Below are positions 17,011 through 20,000 of a DNA stretch of 20,000 nucleotides, piece by piece. Location of the stretch: IMG/VR virus record IMGVR_UViG_3300048029_000465, one strand, 5' to 3'. Origin of the DNA: an uncultured virus (IMG/VR IMGVR_UViG_3300048029_000465). Its lineage: Duplodnaviria > Heunggongvirae > Uroviricota > Caudoviricetes > Demerecviridae. Below the pieces are notes generated by a model that searched no databases, was not told the origin of the DNA, and worked only from the letters and a program-made list of their open reading frames with translations. The translations under genes were made by a program, and so were the position numbers. Each line of letters starts with the position of its first letter. The stretch's first letter is position 1.

Positions 17011-17416
17011 TCTCTACCTCCTGGCTTGCCTCTTCTATGGCACGAAATACGTCTTTCGTACCGTTGTTTATTCGTGGTTCAATCAACCCTGGTTTTGCGC
17101 GAGCAAGTTTAGTAAGATTATGGCGCTTGAAAATAGATAAGTAGTCGTCCATCTCTGCTTGCATTGCATTTGCTTTTTCTGTCAGTGCTCCAACCATCTC
17201 AAGTTGTTTAGTTAAGTTTTTTTCTACTCGTTCTCGTGCAGCTACTTCCGTTTCATAAGCCGTTTCTAGTTTTACTACGTTATTACGAAGTGTAACTATA
17301 TTTGCTTCGAGCTGTGCTATTGAAGTATCCTTTTGAGCCACAGTAGTGGTATGATAAGCGTACGCGCCTCCAGCAACTACGACTAACAAGGGTAAAAGTT
17401 TAATCATTCCAAGCAT
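16994..17416 (-). CDS. Putative i-spanin
   Basis: Single N-terminal TM (LLPLLVVVAGGAYAY) followed by a long predicted coiled coil; directly upstream of the lipoprotein gene. Confidence 0.72.
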   Translation of the reverse strand: MLGMIKLLPLLVVVAGGAYAYHTTTVAQKDTSIAQLEANIVTLRNNVVKLETAYETEVAARERVEKNLTKQLEMVGALTEKANAMQAEMDDYLSIFKRHNLTKLARAKPGLIEPRINNGTKDVFRAIEEASQEVENADSQ

Positions 17417-17685
17417 TACTTTACCTTTTTAATCTGGAAATTAAACGCATCTTGCGTTTTTAACTCAAAGGGCTCTCCAGATGTGAGTTTTCCTTTTAAG
17501 TGTTTTGGCTCGCATTTATCAAGCCATTTAAAGTGATACTGAGTTTTCTTTTGAGGGTCTATCCAAATAGTTACTTCCCACTCATTAATAAAGAAACTAA
17601 CAATCCAGTGTACCGGCCAGGAGACAATTTTCAATAAAATTTTCCCAGCGCTTTTCAATTTCTTCCCGCTCTTTGTAAGTAGCAT
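17416..17685 (-). CDS. Hypothetical protein (start uncertain)
   Basis: 89-aa ORF, TAATG-coupled to the i-spanin. The annotated start overlaps the upstream gene by 89 nt, so the true start may be later. Confidence 0.6.
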   Translation of the reverse strand: MLLTKSGKKLKSAGKILLKIVSWPVHWIVSFFINEWEVTIWIDPQKKTQYHFKWLDKCEPKHLKGKLTSGEPFELKTQDAFNFQIKKVK

Positions 17686-17884
17686 ATAATGCTTCCTTTT
17701 GGCTATCCGGAGATTGGTGGTACTCTACCCACTCTTCCGGAGTCATAAACTTCTTTTTCGGGTACGACACTCCAAGTTCAAAAGTGTAGTACATTTGTCC
17801 TGTTACTAAGTCTTCGGTGGACTCTAAATTTGGTGCCATAGCTACGCAGCCACTCAAAAATAAGAGTGGCAGTAATCGAATCAC
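17597..17884 (-). CDS. Small lipoprotein, unknown function
   Basis: MIRLLPLLFLSGC: basic residue, hydrophobic core, LSGC lipobox; GTGA overlap with the upstream stop. Confidence 0.7.
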   Translation of the reverse strand: MIRLLPLLFLSGCVAMAPNLESTEDLVTGQMYYTFELGVSYPKKKFMTPEEWVEYHQSPDSQKEALYATYKEREEIEKRWENFIENCLLAGTLDC

Positions 17885-18213
17885 TTCTTACTCGAGTACG
17901 CCTGCGTTCCAAAGAAGGCTGCTACTACTGCTGCTACAGACACAAAATAAGTGGCCGCCATATCTCCAAGTATTTTTGAAGCTTGATCGAGTCCAATCCA
18001 ATCTGCTAGCACAACTGCAAAGGGGTATAAAAGAAGTCCTGCAAGTGCAAACCATGTCATGTTTCGTTGGGCATCTCGCATTGCATCTAAATCTTCTAGC
18101 TCTTTACGCTTAAACTCAAGATACATTGCGTGCTCTTCTGCGGAGACATGACCGTCTCCATTAGTATCTGCAGGATGGTGCTTAGTTACTTCTTCGCTCA
18201 CTTCTTTCCCCAT
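17881..18213 (-). CDS. EF-hand-loop, two-TM membrane protein (holin candidate)
   Basis: DTNGDGHVSAEE loop; two hydrophobic helices (WFALAGLLLYPFAVVLA; YFVSVAAVVAAFFG); basic C-terminus SSKK. Alternative start GTG 18201 (GTGA overlap). Confidence 0.68.
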   Translation of the reverse strand: MGKEVSEEVTKHHPADTNGDGHVSAEEHAMYLEFKRKELEDLDAMRDAQRNMTWFALAGLLLYPFAVVLADWIGLDQASKILGDMAATYFVSVAAVVAAFFGTQAYSSKK

Positions 18214-18605
18214 TTAGCCATAGCAAACTTTAATGCTACGTCTCCTGGAAGGTAGAACCACTTGTCTTTTTTGTGCCCAAGTTTTTCCATCTCTTCCCAC
18301 TCAACAAACTTTTTAGTCCAGTTGTCTGCCCAGTGCTTTTCAAAACGAAGAACAGCGTGCCCTCCTCCGTTTTTTGTAATAACTCTACGAATTTGCGCTT
18401 TGCCTATACATAAGTACCACCAAAACTTCCACATAGACTTATCACTAATTAAGTATAACAATGTAAGCGCGTAGTCTTCACAGTCACCTATGTAAGGGTG
18501 CTCCTTCATGATTTGCCAGTGCTCTCGTTTTGCGTACTGGTCAATGTCGTACTTATATGCCCAAGTTGAATTTAGTTCTTCGACTTCACGCTCAAACATT
18601 ACCAC
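18198..18605 (-). CDS. Transglutaminase-like cysteine peptidase (BTLCP / peptidase C93 / LapG-like), minimal domain
   Basis: LN...Y.YD...Y...EHW, GDCEDYA (catalytic Cys), GHAVL (His), WADN (Asp) in the order characteristic of the BTLCP family; no signal peptide. Confidence 0.8.
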   Translation of the reverse strand: MVMFEREVEELNSTWAYKYDIDQYAKREHWQIMKEHPYIGDCEDYALTLLYLISDKSMWKFWWYLCIGKAQIRRVITKNGGGHAVLRFEKHWADNWTKKFVEWEEMEKLGHKKDKWFYLPGDVALKFAMAKWGKK

Positions 18606-18904
18606 TTCACCTTATCAGCCCAGTAAGCAGCGCTCATCTTACCCTTTGCAATATTCTTTGCGTGACGAGCTTTAAAGCTTCGTCGCTTTGCTTTCATTGC
18701 TGCACTTTCACCAGCTTTTGGTTTTCCTGCAGTCTTTGCGCCTTTTTGCCCAAATCGAATCGTTTTGATTTTGTCACCTACCTTTGCTACGACGATGTGG
18801 GACTTCTTTGGGTGGCCGGGAGTACGACGAGGTTTGTTGTACCCTTTTACCCTTGCACGCGCTAATCGTGGATCTTTCTTTCTACCTTTTCTTTTTGCCG
18901 CCAC
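18599..18904 (-). CDS. Highly basic small protein
   Basis: 101 aa, K/R-rich; structured core KKSHIVV...KTIRFGQKG...RRSFKARH...SAAYWADKVKW; GTG start. Confidence 0.8.
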   Translation of the reverse strand: MAAKRKGRKKDPRLARARVKGYNKPRRTPGHPKKSHIVVAKVGDKIKTIRFGQKGAKTAGKPKAGESAAMKAKRRSFKARHAKNIAKGKMSAAYWADKVKW

Positions 18905-19163
18905 GTTTCTTTCTCCTTACAAAAGTTTTCACCATTGTAGGCTTGCCTCCAGGGTTACCAGCTTTACGCTTTCTACGAATTGCTGAACGCCTTTCTGCGG
19001 CTGTCATACGTGCTGCTTTTGATGCAGGCACGCACTTTGGATATTTTCCTTTCTTGGAAGTCTTTCGACCACAAGGTTTATACCCCCCGCCTTTTTTCGG
19101 GCGGGAGATATCTACCCACTTTTCTTTAAACCATTTGCTGAGTCCGCCTTTGGGTTTAGCCAT
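18882..19163 (-). CDS. Highly basic small protein
   Basis: 93 aa; GLSKWFKEKWVDI...CGR...YPKCVP core; TAATG-coupled to the upstream 42-aa ORF. Confidence 0.8.
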   Translation of the reverse strand: MAKPKGGLSKWFKEKWVDISRPKKGGGYKPCGRKTSKKGKYPKCVPASKAARMTAAERRSAIRRKRKAGNPGGKPTMVKTFVRRKKRGGKKKR

Positions 19164-19291
19164 TACTTAAGGTCGCTGCCGCCAGAACCACCAGCTTTAG
19201 GGCCCTTGCCTTTAGGGCCCCCAGGACCTTTTCGCTTATTCCACCACCACCAGGCACCGCCTGCGACAACTGCTAGTACAATCCATTCCAT
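19163..19291 (-). CDS. 42-aa single-TM microprotein (not in ORF track)
   Basis: Manual translation MEWIVLAVVAGGAWWWWNKRKGPGGPKGKGPKAGGSGGSDLK*; fills the gap exactly (ATG 1 nt after the upstream TAA; TAATG overlap downstream). Confidence 0.78.
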   Translation of the reverse strand: MEWIVLAVVAGGAWWWWNKRKGPGGPKGKGPKAGGSGGSDLK

Positions 19292-19292
19292 T

Positions 19293-19481
19293 TTATTTAC
19301 CCATGCGGTATTTTCCGCCTTGTGCCTTGTAAGTTTTTACAAGCCATCCGTTTGCATAAGCTGAAGGGTATACTTTAAATTTACGCTTCGCTTGTGCTTT
19401 AATACGTGCGTACAACTTTTTATTTGTAGGCACTGGTCGTTTCTTGGCAACTTTGCGCTTACTTCTTTTTCTTACCGCCAC
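19293..19481 (-). CDS. Highly basic small protein
   Basis: 62 aa with no Asp/Glu; PTNKKLYARIK...YPSAYANGWLVKTYKAQGGKY core. Confidence 0.8.
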   Translation of the reverse strand: MAVRKRSKRKVAKKRPVPTNKKLYARIKAQAKRKFKVYPSAYANGWLVKTYKAQGGKYRMGK

Positions 19482-19521
19482 GACGCTTTCTCTTTTTAGT
19501 ATGACTCATACCGCAGGCCAT
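19459..19521 (-). CDS. 20-aa protamine-like micropeptide (not in ORF track)
   Basis: MACGMSHTKKRKRRGGKKKK*; ATG overlaps the upstream TAA (TAATG), and it bridges the gap to the next gene. Confidence 0.55.
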   Translation of the reverse strand: MACGMSHTKKRKRRGGKKKK

Positions 19522-19682
19522 TACTTCTTGCCTCGCTTCTTTTTACGAAGCATAGCTTTTCGCAATGCTGGGGGAAGCTTCTTCTGTGCTGCTGTTAAAC
19601 CTCCCATAGACTTCTTTTTCTTGCCGCCCTTTTTAGCTGGACGTCCGCGCTTTTTACCGTAAGTACCTTTACCTGCTGGCAT
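19521..19682 (-). CDS. 53-aa basic protein with AT-hook-like motif (not in ORF track)
   Basis: MPAGKGTYGKKRGRPAKKGGKKKKSMGGLTAAQKKLPPALRKAMLRKKKRGKK*; TAATG-coupled at both ends; 22 K/R and no D/E. Confidence 0.8.
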   Translation of the reverse strand: MPAGKGTYGKKRGRPAKKGGKKKKSMGGLTAAQKKLPPALRKAMLRKKKRGKK

Positions 19683-19870
19683 TAGTCTTCCTCTGCGATA
19701 GCCTCTTCCATGCTATCGTATTCCCGAACTTCGGGTATCGGTAGTTCAGGAGGAGTCCAGGGTTTCCAAGTAGACTCTCCCTTTGTATATGCTTCGGCAG
19801 CTTCTTTGCTGTCAAAGCTTTTTCCTTTACCTTTAACGCACCACCTGCCTTTTCGTTGATATACTTCCAT
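19682..19870 (-). CDS. Hypothetical protein, basic N-terminus and acidic C-terminus
   Basis: 62 aa; TAATG-coupled at both ends. Confidence 0.72.
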   Translation of the reverse strand: MEVYQRKGRWCVKGKGKSFDSKEAAEAYTKGESTWKPWTPPELPIPEVREYDSMEEAIAEED

Positions 19871-19998
19871 TAATGATCCACTAGTAATTTTACAATTACG
19901 CCTGCAAGAAACACAATAAGGCTTCCTGCTCCCAACATAATACGAGTCTCAATTCTTTTTAAATGATCCTCTATATCCTGTAAACGATTAAAAGTAGT
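19870..19998 (-). CDS. Partial (5'-truncated) coiled-coil + C-terminal TM protein, XhlA-like architecture
   Basis: ...TTFNRLQDIEDHLKRIETRIMLGAGSLIVFLAGVIVKLLVDH*; TAATG overlap with the next gene. Confidence 0.65.
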   Translation of the reverse strand, partial: TTFNRLQDIEDHLKRIETRIMLGAGSLIVFLAGVIVKLLVDH

Positions 19999-20000
19999 TT

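Noticed and set aside
5024..19662. Remaining plus-strand ORFs (e.g. 5024..5596, 7223..7603, 13537..13863, 18784..19170, 19444..19662)
   Set aside because: All lie opposite well-supported minus-strand genes; no plus-strand expression signals were noticed.
1..20000. Stop-codon reassignment, tRNA genes, introns/inteins, integrase or IS elements
   Set aside because: Genes are intact in code 11 and use TAA, TAG and TGA as stops. Intergenic gaps are too short for tRNAs. TerL and portal are of normal size. No mobile-element motifs were seen.

Overview
The window is the late/morphogenesis region of a T5-like (Demerecviridae-like) siphovirus that infects a Gram-negative host. All real genes are on the minus strand and are tightly coupled. 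In transcription order (20000 to 1) they are: a cluster of tiny, extremely K/R-rich genes (three missed by the ORF track), a LapG/BTLCP-like cysteine peptidase, an EF-hand membrane protein, a lipoprotein, i-/o-spanins, large terminase, HNH protein, portal, a Pro/Lys/Ala-rich small protein, an in-frame protease-capsid fusion, head completion, tail completion, tail terminator, tail tube, a baseplate-tube protein with an inserted LamG-like domain, tail chaperones, and a >1600-aa tape measure protein that runs off the left edge (absent from the ORF track). Two near-consensus sigma70 promoters and two intrinsic terminators are visible. The most notable observations are: (1) a probable +1 frameshift at UUU_CGU in the tail chaperone; (2) a protease-capsid fusion with an internal RBS; (3) a lysis-like cassette with no recognisable endolysin but a C93-like peptidase beside an EF-hand holin-like protein; (4) an array of protamine-like micro-genes; (5) a likely leaderless mRNA for the HNH-portal-capsid operon. 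Family assignments rest on motif recognition and synteny, not on database searches.
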